A stretch of 64,000 nucleotides of DNA, from assembly GCA_963806185.1 (NCBI GenBank), contig CAWDXE010000003.1, positions 192,001 through 256,000 of the forward strand. The letters are read 5' to 3'. Shown here one piece after another: positions 10,615 through 21,366 of the stretch. Each line of letters opens with the position of its first letter. Position 1 is the stretch's first letter. Source of the DNA: an uncultured candidate division Zixibacteria bacterium. Lineage in GTDB: Bacteria > Zixibacteria > MSB-5A5 > GN15 > FEB-12. Position numbers and translations under genes: made by a program. The notes under the pieces are model-generated. The model was given only the letters and a program-made list of their open reading frames with translations, was not told where the DNA came from and did not search any database.

Positions 10615-10821
10615 TCAGTTGGCCAGAGTGACGTTTTGAGCGCGGGGGCCCTGGTCGCCGGAGGTTACCTCAAACATGACCTCCTGGCCCTCCTTCAACG
10701 TCTTGAAACCATTCATATTGATTGCGGAGTGGTGGACGTAGACGTCCTGGTCGGTGTCGGATGCGGCGATAATGCCCCAACCTTTGTGCTCGTTAAAGTA
10801 CTTCACCGTGCCCTTGGACAT
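10615..10821 (-). CDS. Cold-shock domain protein
   Basis: [18 protein letters not shown]...DVYVHHSAI...GFKTLKEGQ...GPRAQNV; GGAGG RBS. Confidence 0.95.
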   Translation of the reverse strand: MSKGTVKYFNEHKGWGIIAASDTDQDVYVHHSAINMNGFKTLKEGQEVMFEVTSGDQGPRAQNVTLAN

Positions 10822-10925
10822 GCAGACACCTCCATGCAATATGGTTGAGCTCTACGGATTGAATTTTCGTCTTCCTAATAATTATACGAGAATGGACGGG
10901 GGTGAGCCACAGAATTTTGTCAAAC

Positions 10926-11576
10926 TTAGAACACTTTTTGAAGAATAGTCATGGCGAGGCCGGAAACCAGGGGAACCGACAGATTGTCATCGATTTTGAG
11001 TGAGAACGCTTCGGTCAAAGTGGCCACACAGGCACCGATCAGGCCAACTGCAAGCGAAAGATTTGGCACGACCATAGCTACAATCATTGTTCCGGCCAAA
11101 CAACCCAGAGAACCCTCAATGGTTTTTCGACCGCCGAAACGGTGTCGCCCGAATTTTCGACCTATGACGGCTGCAAAAGAGTCACCAACTATTATAAACG
11201 CAAGGGCGGCAATGGCTATCGGTTTGGAAAACAATGCGACGGCCAGGCAAACGGCGATCAGAATATAGGTCGCGCCGGTAAAATCACCCTGATCCTCATG
11301 GGGACGAACCATGGCCGAGAAGAATCGCCGGGCAAATTTTTCCCAGAAATTCCAGTGGCGCAACCTTGAAATGTCGATGAAAATCATCACGAGGGTAAGC
11401 GGCACCATTATTGTCAGCATTGTGCCCCTGGAAAGACCCAGAATGTAATACCCCGCGGGAATCGACAGCGCCACCATGTGGGTGGCCTTTCGCCAAAGTT
11501 CCTGTGAAAACGGAATCTCAGCAGAACGTGTTGGCGACTCCATCGGCTTCTTACTTGCCGCCGAGGTGATCGGCAT
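10926..11576 (-). CDS. Diacylglycerol/polyprenol (phytol/dolichol) kinase family membrane protein
   Basis: RKATH, GDSFAAVIGRKFG, KTIEGS, DDNLSVP motifs. Confidence 0.85.
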   Translation of the reverse strand: MPITSAASKKPMESPTRSAEIPFSQELWRKATHMVALSIPAGYYILGLSRGTMLTIMVPLTLVMIFIDISRLRHWNFWEKFARRFFSAMVRPHEDQGDFTGATYILIAVCLAVALFSKPIAIAALAFIIVGDSFAAVIGRKFGRHRFGGRKTIEGSLGCLAGTMIVAMVVPNLSLAVGLIGACVATLTEAFSLKIDDNLSVPLVSGLAMTILQKVF

Positions 11577-13338
11577 TTCTTATGCGATAGGGTTTCAGGG
11601 TGAGCAACTCCACTGTATTAACGAACCGCACGCCATATGTCCGATAGAGATCGTCACGAAATTTCTGCCACACTTGCCGGCGGTGTTGTTGCTCGAGGCG
11701 AACACGGATATCGCCCTTGGAACCGAGGACATTCCGCGTTGCGATCCGATCATGTACCTTCGCAACATAGAATTCGTTCTTGATGCGGAAGACAGAAGAT
11801 ACTTTGCCCGGCTCAATACCGAGAACGGCCAACCAATATGCCCTGGGAACATCCTTCTCGCCGATCCGTCGGAGACCGGACAACTTGACTTTGGCACCCG
11901 GGTTTACGGCGTCGAGGAACTCCTTCTTTGTGAAGTCCTCAAACGGGACTCCGCTGTTGGCCTGATCTTTGAGAAAGATGGCAAACATGGAGTCCTTTAC
12001 CACAACTTGTTGCACAGTAATGGGTTTGTTGACGTCGATCGAGCTCGATTCTTGCTTGTAAATTCGTTCGATCGTGGAATCATCGGGTGTCCAGTTGAAA
12101 TCCTGCCCTCGTCTGTTAATGATCTCCCGCGAGGTATTCTGATGCAATTGCCGTTCGTAAGCGGCCACCTGGGGAATCGCCGTGACACCCATGTCTTCCG
12201 CAGCCTGTGCGAGCAGATACCGCTGCGCCATGAGTCGCAGGGCATCTTTCTTCATCTCCGCAGTGAAACTGGGAATGTCATTCTGCAGACGCATCCCCTG
12301 TTCGAATTGTTTCATCTCCCAGGCATACATGGTATCACGTTGGTTAACAATGCCCACCCAGACGGTGTCGTCGACAGTATTAATGTCGCTCTCCATAATG
12401 GCCGGGTTTTCAGAGATGGTAGCCACCTGGTACAAGCTGTCGACGAAATGGTCCCCGCGCTGATTGGAGCGCAAGGTGAGCAGACTCGATCGGGCCATAT
12501 CATACACAAAGGGCGAATCGATCGGCAATATGCCGCCCTGAATGCGGCCTTCGACAAGTACCATATGCCAGCCATCCTGGTCATGGTACGGCTGCGAGAA
12601 TTCTCCACTCTTGAGTGAAAACGCGACAGAGTCAAACGGGTCGAGATACTTGCCGCGCGGCGTCCAGCCGACAAAGCCGCTCTTTTTGGCGGACAAGATG
12701 TCGTGAGAATAGAGGAAGGCAAGATTCTTGAATGACTCGCCATATTGGAGGGCTCGATAAAGATTCCAGACCAATTCGCGAGCGTCATTCGCAATCTGGT
12801 CTTTGTTGTGCGTTCGATTGTAAATCGAATCCGATTTGGCGATGAGCCCCTTGGGGCTGATCAGAATGTGCCAGAGCTTGACCTGTTCTTCGGCCGTGAA
12901 CAGCTCCGTATTATCGTGGAAGAATTTCAGCACTTCCATCGAATCGGCCTGGGTCTTGCCCATGACCTCCTGGAGAACCAGAGCCTGAATGACCGAATCA
13001 AAAAGCTGGTGCCGGTAGTCACGGTAATCCAGCCGGTACTGGCGGATGTTCACCTTGGGTGCTTCGAGCGCGACCAGGGAGTCTACGACGATGCTGTCGA
13101 TGACTTGCTTCGCGCCATCGGCATTAAGGATTCCGCCCTCGAGCAACATTCGACTTCTCGAGATTTGTCGATAGATCTGGCCTACGGTGAAGGTGAGATT
13201 CGCGTCGCCGACTACCAGTGGCTGGCTGGCGAGTTTGTCGATAGTCTCATCAGTGAGCTTGAGCGACTTGGCGAATGTCGGAAGAGCCCCCGTCACAACG
13301 AAAAATACAATAGCTATCCAGCGCGCCGTCCGAATCAT
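11551..13338 (-). CDS. Exported parvulin/rotamase-domain chaperone (SurA/PpiD-like)
   Basis: Signal peptide; 'HILI...GESFKNLAFLYSHD..SAKKSGFVGW...FDSVAFSL..GEFSQP....GWHMV'. Confidence 0.85.
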   Translation of the reverse strand: MIRTARWIAIVFFVVTGALPTFAKSLKLTDETIDKLASQPLVVGDANLTFTVGQIYRQISRSRMLLEGGILNADGAKQVIDSIVVDSLVALEAPKVNIRQYRLDYRDYRHQLFDSVIQALVLQEVMGKTQADSMEVLKFFHDNTELFTAEEQVKLWHILISPKGLIAKSDSIYNRTHNKDQIANDARELVWNLYRALQYGESFKNLAFLYSHDILSAKKSGFVGWTPRGKYLDPFDSVAFSLKSGEFSQPYHDQDGWHMVLVEGRIQGGILPIDSPFVYDMARSSLLTLRSNQRGDHFVDSLYQVATISENPAIMESDINTVDDTVWVGIVNQRDTMYAWEMKQFEQGMRLQNDIPSFTAEMKKDALRLMAQRYLLAQAAEDMGVTAIPQVAAYERQLHQNTSREIINRRGQDFNWTPDDSTIERIYKQESSSIDVNKPITVQQVVVKDSMFAIFLKDQANSGVPFEDFTKKEFLDAVNPGAKVKLSGLRRIGEKDVPRAYWLAVLGIEPGKVSSVFRIKNEFYVAKVHDRIATRNVLGSKGDIRVRLEQQHRRQVWQKFRDDLYRTYGVRFVNTVELLTLKPYRIRNADHLGGK

Positions 13339-13414
13339 CCTATATACCTCCAGTGCGTAAGTTGAGATATATTATACGCGCGACGGGAAAAAGCAAGCCA
13401 AATCAATCTGGCGC

Positions 13415-15040
13415 TTAGACTTGGATCATGGATGATCTGATCAGCGGCTCGCGGTCGGCATCATCTTCAGTCGGCTGTTCCCGAAAACGAACGGAGAAAG
13501 TCGTTCCTGCACCTTCAGTTGAATCAACTGTCATCGTCAATTTCAGGATCGAGCAGATGCGATGGACAATGGACAGGCCCAGACCTGTCCCTTGTTTCTT
13601 GGTTGAGAAGAACGGCTGAAAGATGCGCTCCTGGATGTTCGCTGGAATGCCCGGTCCGTTGTCAGCCACCGACAACAGCACAATGCCGTCCCGGCCACTG
13701 ATAGAAAACGTCACCTCGCCCGGCCGACCGTCAAACGCCTCAGAGGCATTGAAGGCCAGATTCACCAGGAGTTGCTTGATCAGGTCCTCGTCTCCCACGA
13801 CATAAACGTAAGCTTCGCGGCTGTCAAAGCGGACCTCTACTGTCTCGCGATACGCCTGGTGATTTCTAATGAGATCGATGACATCGCTGACAACATGGCA
13901 CAGTTCGACCTTGCAATAGGCAGGGCGACTTATCCGCGCATAGGTAAGGAAGTCAGTGAGGATCTTCGAGAGGCGATGAGACTCCTTGACGATCAGTTCC
14001 ATCAAGCGGGCGTTGGCGTCAGAGACCTGGAGGTCGGAACGCAGGACCTCCACCGATCCTGAAATGGCCGCCAACGGATTTCGGATTTCATGAGCGATCG
14101 ACGCGGACAATTCACCGACAGCCGCGAGTCGATCGGCGGCTCGAACCTGGTTCTCAAGAACTTTGGCGGCGGTAAGATCGGAGAAAATGGCAATGACACC
14201 GCGCAGTTCAAGATCTTCATCGCGAAGCACGGAGGTGGAAATGCCGAGCGGAATCACCGTGCCCCTCCGGTCGACAATCTCCAATTCGCGGCGGGGGTGT
14301 TCGATGCCGTACAGCAGTCCCTGGAGAAGGGCTTCGGCGAGACGAGGCATCCGTTCAGCAAAGACTTCGTCGCAGCGCAGTCCTTTGACCCGTTCCTCTT
14401 CATAACCCAGAATCTTCTCGGCGGCACGATTGAAGTAGATGATGCAACCTTGCGGATCGAGCGTGAGCAGACCTGAATTGAGATGGCGCAGAATGTCGTC
14501 AGTTTCCAGCCGTGCCCGTCGCAATGCCTGTGACGCGTCGGCCAGTTTCTTATCCTGGGTTGACAATCGTTCGGCCAGGTATCCCGAAATGAAGGCCACG
14601 AGATAGAAAATCAAAACGTGCAGGAAGATAGAATAGAGGACGGCATCCTCGCTTTTGACGAAACGGGCGATAGCCTGGAGAGTCACTTCAGAACCCAGTT
14701 GACCGGAGGCAACTCCGAACCAGACGATGCCGGCAAATCCGACGGAGACGATCGAAGCAATGATAAGTGTGCCCACCAGACGGTACGCGAGCCCGGCTGA
14801 CACGATCGTCAAAATGAAGAGTGCCGAGAACGGGGAGTTGATGCCACCCGTGGTGTAGATGATGCTGGATTCAATGACAATTTCGAGCAGAAACTGCAGC
14901 GAGACAACCAGCGTCAGAGTCCGGGGCGTCCGGACACGACGCTCAGAGAGATGAGCGTGGCCAACGCCAGCGTGATCAGAGAATAGGCGGTCAGTGGTGT
15001 CTGGAGGGCTTCGCGGGAAATTAAGCCAGAAGGCGACCAC
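13415..15040 (-). CDS. PilS-like membrane PAS histidine kinase (5' end garbled; true start probably near 15116)
   Basis: TGGINSPFSALF TM region, PAS, AHEIRNPL H-box, DNGPGI, PFFSTKKQGTGLGL; directly follows pilC. Confidence 0.85.
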   Translation of the reverse strand: MVAFWLNFPRSPPDTTDRLFSDHAGVGHAHLSERRVRTPRTLTLVVSLQFLLEIVIESSIIYTTGGINSPFSALFILTIVSAGLAYRLVGTLIIASIVSVGFAGIVWFGVASGQLGSEVTLQAIARFVKSEDAVLYSIFLHVLIFYLVAFISGYLAERLSTQDKKLADASQALRRARLETDDILRHLNSGLLTLDPQGCIIYFNRAAEKILGYEEERVKGLRCDEVFAERMPRLAEALLQGLLYGIEHPRRELEIVDRRGTVIPLGISTSVLRDEDLELRGVIAIFSDLTAAKVLENQVRAADRLAAVGELSASIAHEIRNPLAAISGSVEVLRSDLQVSDANARLMELIVKESHRLSKILTDFLTYARISRPAYCKVELCHVVSDVIDLIRNHQAYRETVEVRFDSREAYVYVVGDEDLIKQLLVNLAFNASEAFDGRPGEVTFSISGRDGIVLLSVADNGPGIPANIQERIFQPFFSTKKQGTGLGLSIVHRICSILKLTMTVDSTEGAGTTFSVRFREQPTEDDADREPLIRSSMIQV

Positions 15041-15121
15041 AGCCAGGACTATGACGTACGACGCCAGTCGGAGAGGAAGGAACCAGCCTACTTGTTTCAG
15101 TCGATCGTACGTTGCCTAATC

Positions 15122-15155
15122 AAGAAACGGCGCCCGCGAGAGGCGCCGTTCTTCT
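15122..15155 (-). terminator. Terminator after pilC
   Basis: AACGGCGCC-N-GGCGCCGTT inverted repeat with T-rich tail. Confidence 0.6.
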
Positions 15156-15204
15156 TACGTTTAGTCTCCGGCCACTCGCGGCCGGCCGGGTGACGCAGGA
15201 CCGA

Positions 15205-16412
15205 TCAGATCTTGCCGATGATATCGAACATCGGCAGAGTACATCGCCACCAGAATGCCGCCAATGACGGCGCCCATGAAGACGATGATGACCGGCTCGA
15301 TGATGGACGTCAGACGCGGTCACGGCTTCGTTGACTTCTTCATCGTAGAAATCGGCGATCTTGTTGAGCATGTCGTCCAGACCGCCGGTCTTTTCACCGA
15401 CGCCGATCATCTGAGTCACCATCGGGCGGGAACACCCCGGTCTCTTTCAGCGGGCCGGTAATCGTATCACCTTCGGCGATGGCCAGCACCGACTTGTTGA
15501 TGGCGTTCGCGACCACCAGGTTGCCCGCGGTCTTCGCCGTGATCTCCAGCGCCTCGAGAATCGATACACCCGACGCCAGCAACGTGGACAGCGTGCGGGT
15601 AAACCGGGCCACCGACGATTTGCGAACCAAGGTTGCCGAACACCGGGGTCCGAAGCAGGAATTTGTCAAAGAGGAGCGCTCCCTGCGGCGTCCGTCTTCC
15701 ACCAGATAAAGGCACGATGATCAGCGCGATCAAGTCCCAACCCCATGTAACAGGATGTTGTGCTGGAGAAAATTCGGAAATGTCCATGACGACCTTGGTC
15801 GGCGCCGGCAGGTCGGCACCGACGCCCTCGAACATCTTGGCGAATACCGGCACGATGAACGTCAGCATGGCAAACGTGACACCCATCGCCACGATCATGA
15901 CGACCGTCGGGTAGACCATGGCCCCTTTCACCTTGCGGATCAACTGATCGGCCTTTTCGCGGTACACCGCCAGACGCACCAGAATTGCGTCAAGGGCGCC
16001 GCCGATTTCGCCTGCCTCCACCATGTTGGTGTACAGTTGATCGAAGATCTTCGGATGACGGGCCATGGCGTCGGATAAGGTCGAACCGCCCTGCACGCCG
16101 TCCTTCACGTTGGCGATGATCTTGGCCAATTCCTTATTCTCTGTCTGCGTGGACAGAATATCGAGGCACTGCACCATGGGCAAGACCGGCGCCGATCATG
16201 GTGGCAAACTGGCGGGTGAAACGGGAGATCTCGATACGTTTGATACCCGTGCCGAACTTGATGTAGATCTCCGCGGCCTTCTTGTTGATCTGTGAGACCA
16301 GGATCCGGTTCTGTCGCAGCACCCGTTCGACATCGGCCCGGCTGTTGGCCTTAAGCGAACCCTGCACCGCAGCCCCGGCTAGTGTCTTTCCCTTGTATTC
16401 AAATACTGGCAT
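15205..16412 (-). CDS. pilC: Type IV pilus platform protein PilC (multiple frameshifts)
   Basis: [58 protein letters not shown]-terminus [11 protein letters not shown], spread across ORF fragments. Confidence 0.9.
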
Positions 16413-16437
16413 CGCTATGATCCTTTCCTATCCGACC

Positions 16438-17518
16438 TCACGCGTACGACGGCTGCTTCTGCCGCGACAGCATCTCAGACAATTCTTCAGCGTTATGGGT
16501 ATACGCCATGGCGTCATTGATGGTGATCTTACCGCTCGTGTACAATTCGGCCAGCGACTGATTCATGGTCTTCATGCCGTACTTCTGCCCCGACTGGATC
16601 ATCGAATACAACTGATGAATTTTGTCGTCGCGAATGATGGCTCGGATGGCCGGGGTGACAATCATAATCTCCATCGCCATCACCCGGCCGCCGCCGATTT
16701 TCGGGATCAGCGCCTGCGAAACGACCGCCTGCAACGAAAACGAGAGGGCGACACGCACCTGCTCCTGCTGGTTGGTCGGGAAGACGTCGACGATACGGTT
16801 GATCGTCTCGGCGCACGAGTTGGTATGCAGAGTCGCAAACGCCAGGTGACCGGTCTCCGAAATCGACAAGCGCTGCCTCGATCGTCTCCAGATCGCGCAT
16901 TTCGCCGACGAGCACGACGTCCGGGATCTTCACGCAGCGCATACTTGAGCGCCGCGGCGAACGAGTTGGTGTCGGAATGAACTTCGCGCTGATTGACGAG
17001 GGCCATCTGGTGACGGTGCAGATATTCGATGGGATCTTCCACCGTCAGAATATGCACCGGCCGTTCCTTGTTGATCTTGTCGATAATCGCCGCGAGCGTC
17101 GTGGATTTACCCGATCCGGTCGGACCGGTGACCAGTACCAGGCCGCGCGGAAGACGGGAAAATTCGGCGATGACCTTCGGAAAGGCCGAGTTCTTCAAAC
17201 GTGCGCACCTTGTACGGGAATCTGCCGAAGAGCGATGGCGATGTTACCGCGCTGCATGAACATGTTCGCGCGGAAACGGCTCATTTGCTCGATACCAAAC
17301 GAGAAATCGAGCTCGCTGTTCTGTTCGAATTTGAGCTTCTGTTTGTCGTTCAGCATGGAGTAGGCAATCTTCTTGGTCTGCTCGCCGGTGAGCGCGTCAT
17401 AGTTCATGCGCACCAGTTTGCCGTCGACGCGAACGACCGGCGGCGAACCGACCGTGATATGCAGATCGGACGCGTTCATCTTCACCATTTGTTCGAGCAA
17501 TTCACGAAAAGTGACCAT
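16438..17518 (-). CDS. pilT: Type IV pilus retraction ATPase PilT (about 4 frameshifts)
   Basis: ASDLHITVGSPP, GPTGSGKSTT, EDPIE, LREDPD..LVGEMRD, ETGHL..TLHT, AIRAIIR, GMKTM. Confidence 0.93.
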
Positions 17519-17578
17519 TATTAACTCCCGATGACTAGCGTACTTACAATGTTTCCCGAGGAATCAGCTTTAGTCCTG

Positions 17579-17606
17579 TTATCGGTCAAAACGCGGGAAA
17601 ACTTGA
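17579..17606 (-). promoter_or_regulatory. Sigma28 (FliA/WhiG)-like promoter upstream of pilT
   Basis: TCAAGTTT-N12-ACCGATAA on the - strand. Confidence 0.55.
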
Positions 17607-17685
17607 CCGAAATCCTTACGGTCAATGCAGATACCAGTTTGGTGGATATGGGAAAAGGCTCGGGCGCGGGGCCCGGCAATGCGGG

Positions 17686-19391
17686 TTAGGCCGAGGTAAC
17701 GGCGAAGACCTCTTCAATAGTCACAAATCCGGCCTTCATCTTCTCCACCGCCGCCTCGCGAAGGGTAGCACATGCCCTCCTTGCTGGGCCAGCACCCGAA
17801 GTCTCGGTATCGGGGGCCTTGTTCAGAATGGCGGCTTCAATAGCCGAGGTGATCGGCATGACCTCGAAGACACCGGTACGGCCGGCTTTGCCGGTGCCGC
17901 CACATTCGGCGCAGCCGCGGCCGACGAAGGCCCGGATATTGCGCAGCAGCTCCGGTCCAACCTTGAGGCTCTCCACCTGCTCCTGGCGTCAGGTTGATCT
18001 CTTCTTTGCAGCTCTGACAAATCTTGCGCATCATACGCTGAGCCATGATCAACTTGGTCGCCGACGCAACGAGGTAGTACGGGATGCCCATGTCGATCAG
18101 TCGAGTGACCGACGACGGCGCGTCGTTGGTGTGCAGAGTGGAAAACACCAAGTGTCCGGTCAGCGCCGCCTTGATGGCGATTTCCGCCGTTTCGCTATCA
18201 CGAATCTCACCGACCATGATGATGTCCGGGTCCTGTCGCAAGAACGACCGAAGCGCGGACGCAAAGGTCAGGCCGATTTCGGCTCTTGACCGCCACCTGG
18301 TTGATGCCCTCGAAGTTGAACTCGACCGGGTCTTCGGCGGTCATGATGTTGACATCAATCGTATTCAGCGTCTGGAGCGCCGAGTACAGGGTCGTCGTCT
18401 TACCCGAACCGGTCGGGCCGGTCACCAGAACGATGCCGAACGGCGAATGGATCTTTTCGTCGAACTTCTTCAGATCCTGTTCCCGGAATCCGAGTTTGGT
18501 CATATCGACCTTCAGGGCCATCGGGTCCAGAATTCGCATCACGACCTTTTCGCCGAAGATGGTCGGCAGGACCGAAACGCGCAAGGTCGACGGTTCGCTG
18601 CGTGCACTTTGACTTTGATGCGTCCGTCCTGCGGCAGGCGTCGCTCGGAGATATCCAGCTCGGCCATAATCTTGATACGAGAGACAATGGCGGCGCGATA
18701 CTTGAACGGCAGCGGCGCCATCTCGCGCAGGTCGCCGTCGATACGATAACGCACGCGGATGCGCTTTTCATACATCTCGAAGTGAATATCCGATGCCCCC
18801 ATCCGGATGGCGTCGGCAATGATCGAGTCGACCAGCTTGACAAGCGGCTTGTCCTGAATCTGGGAGAGCAGATCGCTCTCGTTGACGATCTCTTCGGTGG
18901 CCACAACTTCGAGATCATCGTCTCCGTCTTCCAGACCCTTGACGATATCGGACATCTGGCTCGGCGGACCCGTAGTACGCCTCGATCGCCTTGTCGATCG
19001 CCTTTTCCGGGGAGATCACCGGCTGAATGGTGCAGCCGGTGATGAACTTGATGGCGTCGAGAACGTAGATGTTGTTCGGGTCGGAGATCGCGACGAGCAG
19101 CGTCTTCGCCAGCTTGGAGATGGCGATGACCTTGAATTTGCGGGCGATATCGAGCGGGATCAGCTTGACGATTTCCGGATTCAGTTCGACGTCGGAAAGC
19201 CGGAGCGTGCCGATTTTCAGGTGCTTGCCGACAAACTGCGACACTTCCTCCTCAGTGGTGAAAGCTCCCATCTGCACGAGCACCGTCTCGAGCTTCTCTT
19301 TCTTCTCTTTGACGAGATTAAGCGCCTTTTCGGCTTGTTCCGGGGAGATCTTCCCGGCTTGTACCAAAACGGAGCTGAGTTCGGTCGACAT
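17686..19391 (-). CDS. pilB: Type IV pilus assembly ATPase PilB (multiple frameshifts)
   Basis: [71 protein letters not shown], CxxC zinc motifs across five ORF fragments. Confidence 0.93.
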
Positions 19392-19456
19392 CGTTTACAA
19401 ACCCTCTGGCCCTGTGCGGGACGAGACACCTCCGGCCGCAAGCCGGAGCGACGGTG

Positions 19457-19943
19457 TCAATCCTGAAAGATATCGTCGAGCTTATTCTGGGCGGCGTCGG
19501 CGAAATTCTGCGGAGACGGTCGGTTTCTGGCCGGTCTTCTGTCGAATTTCATCAAACACCCGAGCCAGTTCGGCTGCGGTTTCTTTTGCATACAGGCGCA
19601 CCATGCCGATCGTCGTGCGATCATCGAAGATCACCACCAGGATCGACCGGTCGCCCACGATCGACATGTGGATGTGGTCCTTCTTGCCCTGATGGAAGAG
19701 CACGGAGAATTCCGGTTCACCCACCAGTCGCGCGATCTCTTTGGTCGAGGCAAAGGAACCGGCGAGCAGGGCCGCCAGCGCAGTCGTATCCAGCGAGTGG
19801 GTAAAACCCTGACGCGTGATCAGATGGCCGTCTTTGTCGACCAGCAAAGCACACTTCGCCTCGCACCCTTTAAGCAGTTTGTTCAGAAGAGCATCGATCT
19901 TGGTGATCTCTTCCTCGTAGATAATAAGGCTCTCTTGAGACAT
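19457..19943 (-). CDS. mglB: Roadblock/LC7 GAP MglB (frameshift near 19503 in the tail)
   Basis: LVDKDGHLI, DTTALAAL.AG.FA, FSVLFHQG, GMVRL. Removing one base gives the tail AEFADAAQNKLDDIFQD*. Confidence 0.88.
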
Positions 19944-19958
19944 CTCGCCCTCCTCAGA

Positions 19959-20993
19959 CTATTTCAAACCAAACAGCCGTTTGAAGAAGCCGCGCTTTTT
20001 TGCCTCTTGGCGCTTACGTAACGACGGAGCCATCGTCGGTGTGCTGGACGCGTTTGGCGCTTCCTCGGCTTTGGACCGTTTTTCGACTGGAGAATATGAA
20101 TCCATGGCTAATGGCGATTGAGTGCCGGCCGCAGGCGCCGGAGGCGCGGTGGAAATTCCACCGGTACCCTCGGCTGACCGTCCTCCCGGATACGGGCGAT
20201 AGGCTGCGGCTCGAACCGGCTCGGCAGGACGAGCGTCCATGACCGGTGCGGTCTGGGTCGTAACGGGAAGATCGCCGTATGACGGCAAAGTGCTGACCGG
20301 TGCCGGCGTAGGTTGAAGAATGCGCAGCGGTTGCGAATCGGCGGCGGTCGGCGCAATGGCAGCCGGCTCAGGCTGCGGGGCGTGGACAGTTGCGGCAACG
20401 CGCGGCACGCTGGTCGACTTGGCCTTTTCCAGCACGAGTCTGATAATCAGCTTAAGCGTATCAAACACGCCCACACCGCTCGGCGCGGCTGCTTCAAAAG
20501 TCGGTACGCCGCGCTTATTGAGCTGAGCGTTGAGTTCGTCCACCGAAAGGACATTGGGCAGATCGCGCTTGTTGTACTGGATAACGAGGGGGATATCAGC
20601 CATGTCGTAGCCGTACTCGACCAGATTCTCTTCCAGGTTCAACAACGACTCGATGTTCTCATCCATTTTGTCCGGCTGACTGTCGGCGACAAAGACAATC
20701 CCGTCGACACCCCGCAAAACCAGCTTACGGGTAGCGTTGTAATACACCTGGCCCGGAACGGTGTACAACTGGAATTTCGCCGAGAAGCCGTTGATCGTGC
20801 CAATATTGATAGGCAGGAAGTCGAAGTAGAGCGTGCGGTCGGCCTCGGTCGCCAGCGAGATGAGCTTGCCGCGTGTCGTTTGCGGCACTTTGGCATGGAC
20901 GTACTGCAGATTGGTCGTCTTGCCCGACAGACCCGGGCCGTAGTAGACAATCTTGCAGCAGACCTCCCGCGAAGAGTAATTTATAGATACCAT
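19959..20993 (-). CDS. mglA: MglA-family small GTPase with a long Pro/Ala-rich C-terminal extension
   Basis: KIVYYGPGLSGKTTN, DRTLYFDFLP, TVPGQVYY, VFVADS, QYNKRD. Confidence 0.93.
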   Translation of the reverse strand: MVSINYSSREVCCKIVYYGPGLSGKTTNLQYVHAKVPQTTRGKLISLATEADRTLYFDFLPINIGTINGFSAKFQLYTVPGQVYYNATRKLVLRGVDGIVFVADSQPDKMDENIESLLNLEENLVEYGYDMADIPLVIQYNKRDLPNVLSVDELNAQLNKRGVPTFEAAAPSGVGVFDTLKLIIRLVLEKAKSTSVPRVAATVHAPQPEPAAIAPTAADSQPLRILQPTPAPVSTLPSYGDLPVTTQTAPVMDARPAEPVRAAAYRPYPGGRSAEGTGGISTAPPAPAAGTQSPLAMDSYSPVEKRSKAEEAPNASSTPTMAPSLRKRQEAKKRGFFKRLFGLK

Positions 20994-21027
20994 AGTTTCG
21001 GCTCAGTGCGATATTAGGGTGCTCTGT

Positions 21028-21366
21028 TCAGGCCATTCGCAACCGCGAAATGGCGTTTTTGATCTCCAGTCTCACCAGACCGATGTTCACTTCCTTCTGA
21101 GTTGTGACCACCAGAATACCGATGCCGGCGTCGGTGAAAAACATTTTGGCATCATCCGCCTCAATCGTCACTTGCGACAGCGGCTGAGTGCGCAGGCGAT
21201 CCAGCGATTTTTGGATGTTGCTGGTTATCGACGCCGCGAGGGCACCAACCGTCTCGCCTTCCATGCCCGTTTCCAGGTCGGCGGCGATGACAATACCGTC
21301 ATTACCGACTACCATTGAGCCGGTGATTCCGGGTGTCTTATTCAGTTCATTGAGCACTTGATACAT
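21028..21366 (-). CDS. Stand-alone roadblock/LC7 protein
   Basis: PGITGSMVVGNDGIVIA ... VNIGLVRLEIK pattern; 112 aa. Confidence 0.88.
   Translation of the reverse strand: MYQVLNELNKTPGITGSMVVGNDGIVIAADLETGMEGETVGALAASITSNIQKSLDRLRTQPLSQVTIEADDAKMFFTDAGIGILVVTTQKEVNIGLVRLEIKNAISRLRMA

Noticed and set aside
11476..12618. 380-aa + strand ORF and other long antisense ORFs (9925..10848, 58447..59271, 62263..63063)
   Set aside because: Shadow ORFs opposite well-supported genes, with no recognisable motifs
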